DNA from: Macrostomum lignano
Lineage: Eukaryota
Direction of reading: 5' to 3'
Length of the DNA stretch: 64,000 bases
NCBI GenBank assembly: GCA_002269645.1
Contig: NIVC01000868.1
Location: 248,001 to 312,000, forward strand
Shown: piece by piece, positions 1-12,700 of the stretch
Layout: every line of letters begins with the position of its first letter
How positions within the stretch are numbered: position 1 is the first letter of the stretch
Notes under the pieces: model-generated
The model's database searches: none
Told to the model about the DNA's origin: nothing
Seen by the model: only the letters and a program-made list of their open reading frames with translations
Made by a program: the position numbers and the translations under genes

Positions 1-274
1 TCCTCACCGGCCTGGTGAGGCATGGGTTCGAGGCTTGCTGAGCAACGGTTGCCTCATAAAAATAATGCCATTTGATCTCTGAATCGTAACCTTCTCAGTT
101 ATCGTATCTACTTAAAGTTCAAGCGTACAGTGGAAAACATCTGTAAGTTCCTTTTGTGAAAGATTCATCGCTTTATATTTATAAAACAGGCAAGCTGAGT
201 GACTGCAGTGGACAGTTGACGGTCAAATTAGTTGATTTTCAAGGGGGTGGAGTGTGCGGCTGAAAACAGAGGTA

Positions 275-3200
275 AGATTGAAGAGCCAATCAGAAGGCAG
301 CGAGAGGGAGGAAGATTGAAGAGCCAATCAGAAGGCAGCGAGAGGGAGGGAGATTGAAGAGCCAATCAGAAGGCAGCGACTACAAAGGAAAGACCTCGGC
401 GCCGTGGTGGAACCCGGAGCTGGGGAAACTCAGGCGGAAGGCCAAAAGCCTTCATCGCCGTGCCATGAAGACCGGAAACCCGGAGGACATGGAGCTTTTC
501 CGGCAAGCCTCCCGCAATTTCAAATCTGAAGTGCGCAAGGCCAAGGAATGTAAGTGGCGCTAATTCTGCAATGAATTGGATCAAGACAGACCTACTTCTA
601 GGCTTGTCAAGGCCCTTACAATGGACAAAATGTCCAAATTAGCCATGATCAAAAAAGATGATGGCTCTCTTACTAAAGACCCTGAAGAAGTGCTTCAGCA
701 TATGCTCAGCACATTCTTCCCGAGGGTACCTACTGCTAGACCGGAGCCCAACCATTCGATGGATGGAGCCACCCTAGCGGCGGGCATTGTCACTGAAGAC
801 CTAATCGCTCGTGCAGTCAGAACCTTCAAACCCTTCAAATCTCCTGGACCTGATGGTATCTACCCTGTTCTCCTTCGTGAAGCAGCCAAGATACCCTCGT
901 TCCTGAGACTCACCCGCAATCTTATGCGGGCCTCTATCCAGCTGGGATACGTTCCCAAATGCTGGACTGAAGCTCGGGTAGTCTTTATTCCCAAACCTGG
1001 GAAGGGTGACTACCAAAGCGTCAAGGCCTTTCGGCCTATTAGCTTAACGTCAGCAATGCTTAAGCTCACTGAGAGGCTTATTCTCTGGCGGCTGCTGTCC
1101 TGCGAGCTGACAGCGATGCCCCTCAGCAATAATCAGCACGCCTTCCGTACCGGGAGGTCGACTGACAGCGCCCTGCATGCGATTGTCGAGAAGATTGAAA
1201 GGGCGGTACTGGGTGACGGTTACGCTCTGGCTCTCTTTCTTGACATTGTTGGCGCCTTCGACAACGTTATCTTTGAAGCGTTTCAGAGGGCCCTTCAAAA
1301 TCGCAAAGCTCATGCTACCCTCATACGGTGGATCATGTACATGATCTCAAACCGTACGGTCACTGCCCAACTTCTTGGGCAAACTGCCTCCACCAGAGTC
1401 TGTAAGGGTGGACCCCAAGGCGGAGTCCTCACCCCGACGCTCTGGAACCTGGTCATGGACGCTCTTTTGAGTGACTCCCGACCCGACCCCGTCTTCAAAG
1501 TCGGGTATGCTGATGACGTCACGGCCATTGTGGCAGGACCGTCTCCCAGCACGCTCAGGGATCTGATGCAGAGCTTTATCCGCAAAGCAGAATCCTGGGC
1601 CAATGACAATGGTCTGGAACTCTCTGAGCCCAAAACCGTTGCCATTATGTTTACCAGCAGACTACGCTGGAACATACGTCCTCTGCAGCTCTACGGCAGA
1701 GATATTGCCTTCGCGCACCAGACCAGATGTCTCGGGGTCATACTTGACCACCGGCTCAACTGGTCCTCCCACGTGAAAGCAAAAGCCAAGCGTGCCTCAG
1801 CCATCCTGGCCCAGCTCCGACGAGCACTTGGCACTTCTTGGGGTCTATCCCCAAAGCGGCTTTGGTGGATCTATACTTCCGTAGTTAGACCTGCCATTAC
1901 GTACGCCTCTGTTGTCTGGGTTAGCGCTACCCAGGTCAAAAGCCATGCAGACCTGCTCAACACGATCCAAGGCAGAGCGTGTAGGCTCATCTGCAACGCC
2001 ACCAGGTCCACGCCCTTTGCTGGCATGGGGGCCTTCCTTAATCTTCCGCCTCTTGACCTCTTCATCAGGGGTGAGGCGGCTAGAACGACGCGGCGTCTAA
2101 TTGATGCCGGCGTCAAATTCATTTACATGAGAGCACCTGCTAAGCGGAACCTTGTCCCGCATAGCGATCTGTGCCTCAACTTTCTCAACGAGTGTCAGGC
2201 CAATCGCGTCTTCACCGATGGCATTGCCTCAACGCTCAACCTGAGACAGCGCTACTCCGTAGCTATCGACTCGCGCGATAACATCAATGACCAATGGAAC
2301 CCTGGTGAGCTTCATTGCTACACCGACGGTTCTAAGCAGTCAGCCAACACCGGCTTTGGTGTTGGAATCTTTCTGAACGGGAGGGTCATCGCTACCCACG
2401 CTCAATACACTGGGGTCAACTCCAGTGTTTTCCAAAATGAAGTTCTGGCCATCAGCTCCTGCACTGCAGAGCTTCTCGCCACTGGCGTTACGGTAAGAAC
2501 ATCATTTTCCATTCGGACAGCCAAGCTGCCTTGCACGCCATCAGTGGCTGCAGCACCAACTCTGCTACAGTCCTCGACTGTATCAAACTCCTCAACGTGT
2601 TGGGTTCCGCCAACAAAATTACCCTTAAGTGGGTTCCGGGGCATGTGGGGATCCGAGGAAATGAGTTGGCTGACACCCTTGCAAAAGTTGGTGCCTCCGG
2701 CTCCTCTCTCGGCCCCGAACCTCTTGTCCCGATTCCTGGCTGTGTCATCGACTCGCGCATCAAAGCGTGGATCAGGACTCAGCACCGCTCGACTTGGGCG
2801 AACCGCACGAACTGCAGGCAATCCAGAGGCGCTGTCCCTCAGCCCTCTCACCAGCTCCGGAAGCTTCTTGCGCCTCTCGCGCAGAGACATCCGGGCTGCC
2901 ACCATGACCCTCTCTGGTCACGGCTGCTTCTCCAGGCACCAGTACCTGCAGGGCAACGCCACCAACGCCACCTGTAGTTTCTGCAACTCAGGTGACGAAA
3001 CCGCTGAGCATTTCGTCAGCATCTGTCCCGCCTTCACGCGGGCCAGACTCACTTACCTCGGGCCACACACATCTATTACTGAAGCGCGCAAACCCGAAAA
3101 CTTTAATCAGCTCATGCGCTACCTTCGGGCCACCCGCGCGCAGGGCTGAAGGGCTCTCCTTTCCAGAGAGCACTATAGCTGCTGGCGACACTGGGGGACC

Positions 3201-3746
3201 TCCCTGGGCGGCGCCAACCCTCCATCCATAGCGACGCGTCGGCCGTTCAGGGACTAGCGGAATGGGCGCCCGCGCCTTCCCGCTGTGTCCCCTCCGGGAC
3301 AGCCCTGCAGCTAAGTCAAGTCAAGGCAGCGAGAGGGAGGGAGATTGAAGAGCCAATCAGAAGGCAGCGAGAGGGAGGGAGATTGAAGAGCCAATCAGAA
3401 AGCAGCGAGAGGGAGGCAGATTGAAGAGCCAATAAGAAGGCAGCGAGAGGGAGGGAGATTGAAGAGCCAATCAGAAGGCAGCGAGGAGGGAGATTGAAGA
3501 GCCAATCAGAAGGCAGTGAGAGGGAGGCAGATTGAAGAGCCAATCAGAAGGCAGCGAGAGGGAGGGAGATTGAAGAGCCAATCAGAAGGCAGCGAGAGGG
3601 AGGGAGATTGAAGAGCCAATTAGAAGGCAGCGAGAGGGAGGGAGATTGAAGAGCCAATCAGAAGGCAGCGAGAGGGAGGGAGATTGAAGAGCCAATCAGA
3701 AGGCAGCGAGAGGGAAGGAGATTGAAGAGCCAATCAGAAGGCAGCG
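275..3746 (+). repeat. 38-bp minisatellite (GAGATTGAAGAGCCAATCAGAAGGCAGCGAGAGGGAGG), about 14 copies, split by a LINE insertion
   Basis: About 3 copies at 275-379 and about 11 copies at 3323-3746; the array resumes in register after the LINE. Confidence 0.95.
380..3322 (+). mobile_element. 5'-truncated non-LTR retrotransposon (RT + RNase H + C-terminal Cys/His motif; I-group/LOA-like), defective
   Basis: RT motifs PGPDG, FRPISL, QHAFR, GPQGG and YADD; RNase H motifs YTDGSK, QNE, HSDSQAA and WVPGH; CSFC..ETAEHFVSIC. (AAGTC)2 tail. 10-bp TSD AAGGCAGCGA at 370-379 and 3323-3332. In-frame TAA at 561-563; frameshifts near 2490 and 2870. Confidence 0.93.
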
Positions 3747-3773
3747 TTGTTAATTAAATCAACAGCGACACAC

Positions 3774-6700
3774 CTGCTCCGCCCGCTCGTGCAGCTGCTG
3801 CTCCTGCAGCTTCGCCTCCGCCGCCCGCTCGGCCGCCGACTTCTCGGCCTCCACCGTGGAGCGCATCGACCGCAGTGCCTGCCGCAGCCTGGCGTTCTCC
3901 GCTGCAGCCGCCTCGGCTGCCGCCGCCGCCCGTGCCCGCTCGGCTCGCAGCTCCTGCAGCTGCCGCCGCAGCTCCGCGGCCTCCTCCGAGCGCCGCTCCT
4001 CCGTCGAGCCGCGCGCCGCCAGCCGCTCGAGGTCGGCCTGAAGTTCCGTGGTGCGAGCCCGCAGCCCGGCTTCTGAGCGCTGTAGGTCGGCAAGTTCCGT
4101 CTCCCGGCGCCCGAGGTCCGCCTGCACCGCCTCCAGCTGAGCCTCCAGGGCCGACACCTGCGATAGGGCACCGGCCGCCTGCGGCACCGCGGATTGAGTG
4201 GCTTAGGATTAAGGTAATATCTCTGTTACTCTTCCTCGTTCTCGTGTTTCAACATCTCAGCATCTTTCATCCTCACCTGCTCCTGCATCCCCAGCTTTCC
4301 TCAACCTCACCTGTTCCTGAGCCCGCCTAGCAGCTTCCCTCGCCTCAGCGACCAGCGTCTCAGCCGCCGTGACGCGGCGCCTTTCCCGCTCCTCCACGGC
4401 TGCGCAGTGCGCCAGCAGCCGCGCCGCTTCCGTGACGGCCTCCTCGCGCCCAGCGCCGGCGTCATCCAGCAGGTTGCGCTGACGACCCTCGGAGTCGCGC
4501 AGCTGCCGCACCTGAGATGGACCGATTGGCGGGCAAGTAGGCGTTAAACTTGAAGCAAAATTCTCTTCTGAGTCAACTGCAGACAGTTTCGTGTGACCTC
4601 ACCTGACCCCGTAGGTCGGCCACCTCCGCCCTCAGCCGGGCACCGGCCTCACCCGCCTCGCGCGCTTGCGCCTCCGCAGCCGCAAGCTGCACCCGCAGAG
4701 AGGCGGCCGCAGCCTCCGCGTTGCCGGCCCGGTCCAGCCGCTCCTGGAGCTGCTCCACCTGCGTCTGCAGGCGGCCCCGCTCGAAGGCCAGCCGCTGTCG
4801 GCCCTCCGTGAGCTCGCGCAGCCGGCCCTCGACGTCCGAGCCGCCGCCGCCTCCGCCAGCGTCGCCTCCGCAGGCCCGCAGGCGCTCGAGGAGGCCGGCG
4901 TTTTCCGCCTCCAGCTGGTCGCGGGCGGCCTCCGCCTCGGCCAGGCGGGTCTGCAGGCGGCCCACGGCCGAGTCCAGGCGGTCCCGTTCCGAGGTCATGT
5001 CGCCCAGGGCCGAGGACACCCGGTCCTGCGGATGCGAGTTTGCCGGTCAGTGCCGCGGTTGAAGCATTCGGGCATCACCAGCTTAGGCCTGCGTAACTGA
5101 CTGAACTAGCTGGAGCTCAAACGCAGAGTTTTTTCTAAAATCGAGCCCATAAATAGACGCGTTGAGCAACTCCGCTAACGCTAACCCGCAAAAATTGGAA
5201 CACCCTGAAGACTCAGCTCGGCAGTAGGGTTAGTATGGGTGCCCAGCTACCAGCTGCTCAGCAATGCTGCCCACCACCTTTCCCCAGTCGGCATTTCACC
5301 TGCTTTCCCGACTACCCGACCAGAAAGTGCTTCAAACCGGTTACCTGCAGCCCCCGCTTGTCCGCCTGCAGCTGCTGGGCGCTTCTCTCCAGGCCTCTCG
5401 CCCGCTCCCTCTCCGCCTCCAATTGTGCAGCCGTCTCCGCCAGGCGCCTCTCCGCCGCTCCAGCCTCTGACCTGGCTTCATCCAGCTGCGCCTCCAGCTG
5501 GTCGGCCAGCCGCTCCTGCCGCCTCAGCGCCTCGCGCAGCTCGATCAGCCGCCCGTCCCGCTCGTGGCCTTCGCGCAGAGCTCGAACCTCGGCCTGCAGG
5601 CCGGCCGCCTCCTCCGCCGCCTCCGCGACCGCCCGCTGCAGCCGCGCCTCCGTCGAGCGTCGCGTCGCTTCCGCCTCCGCAGCCGAGCGCTCCGCCGCCT
5701 CCTTGGCCTCGCGGGCCTGCGCCGCCTCCTCGGTCAGACGGCGCCGCTCCGCCTCCCAGTCGGCTGCTGAGGAGGCGGCCGCTGACTGCAGCCGCTGCCG
5801 CTCGGCCTCCAGCGCTGCCTGGCGGGTCTCCAGGCGGGACACCTCGGCGCGGCTCCGCTCCGCTTCTGCGCTGGCCTGCGCTCGCTGATGGATTTATTGA
5901 CGGCGGCAGTTGAGGATTCGAGTGGGAAGGTGCACCGGATTCCAGGTTGGAACTAATGTTTCAGGTTCCCAGGTTCCAGTTTCCAACCGGGTTCCAGGTT
6001 CCATCCAGGTCCCAGGTATCAATCAGGTTCCATTCAGGTCACAGGTATCAATCAGGTTCCATTCAGGTCACAGGTATCAATCAGGATCCATTCAGGTCAC
6101 AGGTATCAATCAGGATCCATTCAGGTCACAGGTATCAATCAGGTTTCATTCAGGTTCCAAGTATCAGTCAGGTCCTTGGTATCAATCAGGTCCCAGGTAT
6201 CAATCAGGTCCCAGGTATCAATCAGGTCCCAGGTATCAATCAGGTCCCAGGTATCAATCAGGTTCTAGGTATCAATCAGGTTCCAGGTATCAATCAGGTT
6301 CCAGGTATCAATCAGGTCCCAGGTATCAATCAGGTTCTAGGTATCAATCAGGTTCCAGGTATCAATCAGGTCCCAGGTATCAATCAGGTTCCAGGTATCA
6401 ATCAGGTTCCAGGTATCAATCAGGTCCCAGGTATCAATCAGGTTCTAGGTATCAATCAGGTTCCAGGTATCAATCAGGTCCCAGGTATCAATCAGGTTCC
6501 AGGTATCAATCAGGTTCCAGGTATCAATCAGGTCACAGGTCCCAAGGTATCAATCAATCAGGTTCCATCCCGATCAAAGTTATCGATCGGGTTCTATTCA
6601 AGTCACAGGTATCAATCAGGTCCCAGGTATCAATCAGGTCCCAGGTATCAATTAGGTCACAGGTATCAATCAGGTCACAGGTCCCAAGGTATTAATCAGG

Positions 6701-9700
6701 TTCCATCCAGGTCCCAAGGTATCAATCAGGTTCCATCCAGGTCCCAAGGTATCAATCAGGTTCCATCCAGGTCCCAAGGTATCAATCAGGTTCCATCCAG
6801 GTCCCAAGGTATCTGTGGCGGAAAGTGCAATTCATTATTTTCAATCAATTACTCCATCTCAATCTGCGCCGACTCTATTATGCCCGCACATTGATTTTCT
6901 CCAAATACGCCCGTATCGATTTAATGTACGCAAATGCGATGTACGCAAGCCAGGTGAACTTACTCTTTTTTACACGGCCTTCATTAACTATTTAATAAAT
7001 AAACTGTAGCCCAGTGAGGCTCGGATCGTGTTTTTTTGTGCATAGCGCAGCGTCGCTAAAAGTTCAATCCAAATTGACTACAATTCAACTACATGGCGCC
7101 CGAACAGTGAAATTCTACTAGCTATGATTCAGCAAACCGCGCTTTGAGGTTCAGGCTTGGGATCGGAGCTACAGGAATCGTCTGAATCTGCTCAACAGTT
7201 CCTACGTCTTCAAGGCTCCTGTCGGCATCCGTTTCTGGGTCCTGAGGTTCATCAACAAGAGCATCTTCGTGAAACTCCTTCGGCTGCGCGGACTTGTTGA
7301 GAAATTTTCTGTTTTTTGCTAATTCATTTGACTTATAATCAAATTTCCCGTTTGTGTTTTTAAGCGAAGATTAGTTTTTTGTTAGATTATACCCACTGTC
7401 TTTTTTGCTCTTCTCGTGCCTCATATCTGCTCGGCTTTTGCTTCCTTCTTTCTTTCATCTGTCCTCTCGCCTGTCTCTGCTCTGTTTTTCTCAGCCTTTG
7501 ATGGAGGAGTTCAAGAAAGACCGCGCTGTGCTGCGTCGTTCGGCTACGTTGCTGGTGGAAAAGATTCAGGCGGTTTTGGCTGGAGCAGAGAAATCAGAGG
7601 ATGAGGTAAATGGTTTGCTGCGCTTGGTGGTGACGAAGAAAACTGAGCTGGAAAAAGTCGACAAGCAGATTTTGCGCGAATTTGTTACAGACGATGGTGA
7701 GCCAACTGACAAGCTGCAGGAAGAGACGGAAAAATGTGACGAGTATATGCTCAAATTAGAAAGAGCGGCTGCAGGTCTAGAGCGGATTCAGGAGAAAAGA
7801 TTTAAACCGGTGGCTGCCCCATCTTCAATTGGTTCAGGAAGCCCAGCGTCAGCTGTCGGTTCCAAAGTAATACCAGAGACGGCTGATCGCAAGTGCAATG
7901 TGAAGCTGCCGAAGATGAGTCTGCCTATTTTTGACGGGAGCGATCCAACTCAGTGGCCCAACTTTAGTTCGCAGTTCAACTCATCAATCCACCAGAATTT
8001 GCATCTGTCAGATGTCGAAAAATTTTCATATCTTCAGAGCTGTCTAAAGGGTGAAGCACGACGATGCATCGAGAACTTTAAACTTACGACGGGTGACTAC
8101 CACAACGCCTGGGAGTTGCTGGAAGATAGGTATGGGTCTCCAGATAACCTCATTCAACACTTCATGAAGAGGCTCGAGACAGTCCGATGCGCGTGCGATT
8201 CCACTGTAGCTCTACGCTCATTCTTAGACGTCGTGAGATCCAGCGTCCGAGCCCTAGAAACTTTAGGAGTGGCTACAAACAACTACGAAGTGCTACTTCT
8301 GCCGAATCTGGAAGCTAAGCTGCCCGGATCAATTCGCGCTGACGTCATGCGCCCAATTCTGACTAGAACTTATAGAAAACCGTCAAATCTGGAAAACTTC
8401 TTAGATGCACTCGACGACGAAATTAAACTCCGTGATCGATGTGCCCTGGGCTCAGGCAGATCAGGCGACCAAAGCCGACACACGCCAGAGATACGTTGTT
8501 CTGTAGCAGGACCTACTCAGAAGTTTTCATGCGACCAAGATTCGCATCCCTCTTCGTTCGTCACGCATCATCCGGCGTCAAAGGAGCAGAACAAAGCAGC
8601 AGAGAGTCAGCAATCGGATTCAGCGCAAAATTCCGTTTCGTGCACTTACTGTCGTCAGGGTCACTATTCCGATTCTTGCACGGTTGTTCCCACAGCAAAG
8701 GAGAGGATAGAGATTCTGAAAAAGGAGAGACGCTGCTTTTGCTGCCTACGACCGAACCATCCTTCCAGTCAGTGTCGATCGAAGAGAGCTTGTCGCCATT
8801 GCGGTAAAATGCATCACCCGAGCGTCTGCCTGACTTCCCATCCTGGCGAAGCGCATCCTGCGATGACGAAAGTGGGAGCTGGGCACGTAGATCAGCAGAA
8901 AATAGTAACTCCACCGAACTGCAGTAGCACAACAGCCGTGACCATACCATGCGAGGACAAGACAATCTCTGAGAGTCAATCCCTTGTCGTGCACTCCAAT
9001 CCTGCAGTGATCATGCCGACTGCTAAGTGTCTCATCATCAGTTCGGATGGCAAAACCGAAGTTCTGGTCCGTGCGCTCTTTGACACCGCCAGCAATAAAA
9101 CTTATATCAGACAAGATTTAAGTCTGCAGCTGGACCTTGCAGTTGAGGCAACGGAAATTTTGCGGGTCAACACATTTGGATCCAGCAGCACTGAATTCAC
9201 ATCAAGCATCGTCAGATTTAGCATTCGCAAAGCCAACTCTCTGGACGAAGATTATGTGACTCTGAGAGGCTACACGACTCCTCGGATCTGCGAACCTCAG
9301 GCATCGGCGATGTGCGACGCTCATCCAGAACTCCAGCGTCTTGATCTGGCGGATCCATTTGACCCTCGCGATGCTAATGAGCCGATATCTATCTTGATTG
9401 GTGCCGATTGCTACTATGATTTGGTGGACGGCGACATCATTAGAACAGTGAGCGGCAATGGTCCAGTCGCCGTTAAGAGCAAACTTGGCTATCTGGTCAC
9501 CGGCAGATTGAGAATTGCTGACACGCTTTGTGCTTCCTCGTCCGCATGCGCGATGCACTGTTCCGGAGAATCCCTAATGGAGGGTATGCTGGCAGATTCC
9601 ACAAGCAGTGAACTAGATCCGGTGAGGGCGAAACGGCCATTCCCTCCAAGTCTGGAATTTGAGCAAGGTAGATACTCCATCGGTCTGCCATTCAGGGATG

Positions 9701-12700
9701 GATGTCGAAAACTTCTCAGTGACAATTTTGGTCTCGCCTACCGACGGCTAAGATCAACTGCGGAAAAGCTGCGTCAGACAGGAACAATCGACGAGTATGA
9801 CAGGATCCTGCAGGAACAGCTGAACAGTGGCGTCATAGAGCCTGTGCCATCTGACAGTGATCCCGAATCAATCCAGCACTATCTGCCGCATTTGCCGATT
9901 GTCAAAAAGGACAGTTCGACGACGCGACTTCGTATCGTCTTTGATGCGAGCGCCAAGTCTGCAGCCGGCTGTTCGTTGAACGACGTATTGGAACAGGGTC
10001 CTTGCCGCTTGCCGTCTGTGGCTTCTTTGCTGCTTCGGTTCAGGACTCATCCTGTCGCGATGATAAGCGATGTTGAGAAAGCATTCCTGCAAGTTGTCAT
10101 TCGGGAGAAGGACCGCGACGCGGTTCGGTTCCTGTGGCTTACACATCCTCATCAGAAAGAGTCCACGATTCGAGTACTTCGCTACGTACGTCTCGTGTTC
10201 GGCTTGGTGAGCAGTCCGGCCATTCTCCAAGAGGTGCTTCTCTATCACTTTCGAAACACGCAAAAGGCTTCGCCGGACACCATTAAACGGCTGGCGATGG
10301 ACACGTACGTGGACAATCTCGTGACTGGGTCTGATTCGGCCGGCTCAGCGATTTTGATCTACAAACAGACCAGAGAAGTATTCGAAGAAGCTTCAATGAA
10401 TATCCGAGGATGGATATCCAATTCAGCAGAGCTAAACAAAGTTTTCGATAAGGATGGCACTGGTGTTCAAAACTCTTCTACGGTCAAGGTTCTGGGCATG
10501 CTTTGGGATCCGAAAGAGGACAGTTTCGTGCTTTCAATCCACGATCATCCTACTCTAAACATTCGGAATGCAGAACTAACAAAGCGCTCGACGTTGTCGG
10601 CATTCTCAAAGACTTTCGACCCCTTGGGTCTACTCAGTCCTCTTCTGACACGTCCTCGATTGCTGTTTCAGCAGAGTTGTCGCTTGAACTTGGGCTGGGA
10701 CATGCCGCTTCCGGAACCGCTCAGGAGTCAATGGCACGAGTGTTTCAGCGAGTTGGAAGGCTGGAATTGTTGCATCGACAGGCCTCTTGCTACATCAACA
10801 CCAATCGCTTCCGAAATTCATGGTTTCTGCGACGCCTCCAAGGTGGCGCACGCAGCCTGCGTCTTCCTGAGGTCTACTTTCGAGTCTGGTGAGGTTAGGG
10901 TGTCGCTGCTCATGGCCAAGTCGCGTGTCGCTCCCATCGCTGAGACGACCATCCCTCGACTAGAACTGATGGCAGCCAGAGAACTGGCTCACATGATCAT
11001 TGAGGTTCGTAAAGAATTTCCTGATGCCGCCGTAATCTGCTGGAGTGACAGCATGGACGCGTTGTGGTGGATAAAGTCGGAACACAAAACTTGGAAGATG
11101 TTCATCCAGAACCGCGTTGTGTTCATTCGGTCAGTGGTTCCACCGGACAGTTGGAGACATTGCCCTGGGAAAGAAAATCCTGCTGACATTGCGACTCGTC
11201 CCATCACTACGGAATTGCTCGACAATCGCTCCTGCTGGTTTTGTGGACCTACTTGGCTGTGGTCCGACTCTTCAACATGGCCGGTTCAGCCAGATTTTTC
11301 TGACAAGTCTAGCCTGGATGACAGCTCCACTCATTGTGTGACTCTGGAAGTCGTCGACCCTCCGGAACCTCGTATTCGAATAGACGAAGTGATAGACTTG
11401 CCGAAGTTCAGCAGTTTAGAGAGACTTCTCCGAGTGACAGCGTGGGTCCTCCGCTTCGTCACATCGCTGAGGAATCGCACCCGTGCCTTGTCGGCTACCT
11501 TAACTGCTGCCGAATTGCATTCCGCTGAGAAGCTATGGATTCGTTCTCTTCAGGCAAAAGCCTTCAGTCCGGAGATACAGTGCATCACTAAAAACTCCGC
11601 GAAGACACCATTAATCCTGAATCTCCGCCTGTATCTGGACAGCGACGACGTCCTTCGCTGCTCAGGACGCCTGGGTGAATCGGATATAGCGCCGGATCAG
11701 AAGTCACCGATTTTATGTCCTACGGATGTAAACTTTCAGCAAATACTTACTGAGCATGCTCACGGGAAGGTGGCTCACGGGGGAGTTGCAGCTACGTTGG
11801 TGCAGATTCGCGAGAAGTATTGGATGCTGAAGGCTCGGCAGAAAGTTAAATCTACTCTACGGCGTTGCAACACCTGCATCCGGCTCCAGGGTTTGCCGTA
11901 CAAAGTTGGTCAGCAGTCGCAGTTACCCCTGTCAAGAATCGAATCGCTGAGAGCTTTCCAGCATGTTGGCCTGGACTACTGCGGTCCGCTTTTCTACCGC
12001 AGGGGGAGGGAGATGGCCAACAAAAAGCCTACATCCTGCTTTTTGCCTGCATGGGCACCCGAGCGGTCCATCTTGAAGTGACCACAGATTTGACTACTCA
12101 ATCTTTTCTGCAGAGTCTTCGTCGCTTCTGTGCTCGTCGCGGGATTCCGTCAATCATTTCGGACAACTTCAAGACTTTCCACGCAGCCGCGCGACTACTA
12201 GACGCCCACACGGCGCCCCTTCAAACCACAGGAGGTCAAGAGTTTTTAGCCGCCAAAAGAATCTGCTGGTCGTTTATCCCAGAAAAAGCACCATGGATGG
12301 GCGGATTCTACGAGCGATTGGTTGGTGTCGTGAAGTCGGCTTTGAAAAAGACCGTCTGCAAAGCCTTTCTCACTCTGGACGAGTTAACAACAGTTGTGTG
12401 CGAAGTGGAGGCAGTTGTGAATTCAAGACCACTCGGGTTCGTCTCGTCCGAAGCGCACGCGGAAGTGATCACGCCGAGTCATTTTCTTGTGCTGCATCGC
12501 CTGACAAAAGAACCAGAAGCGAATCCGAAAGGCCAAACAGTCCTGCCTCTTCCAGAGCGTCTGAGCAAAGTGCGGCGGATGCTGACCAAATTCTGGCGAG
12601 AATGGTTGAATGAGTACATCGTGGCTCTGCGCGAGCGTTCAGCAAGGAAGGAAGGACGAACTTCTGATCGCATAATCAAGGTCGGAGATGTCGTTTTGGT

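Noticed and set aside
5910-6894. Long ORFs with RYQSGP / VPGINQ repeats
   Set aside because: These are translations of the 18-bp satellite, which has a unit length divisible by 3.
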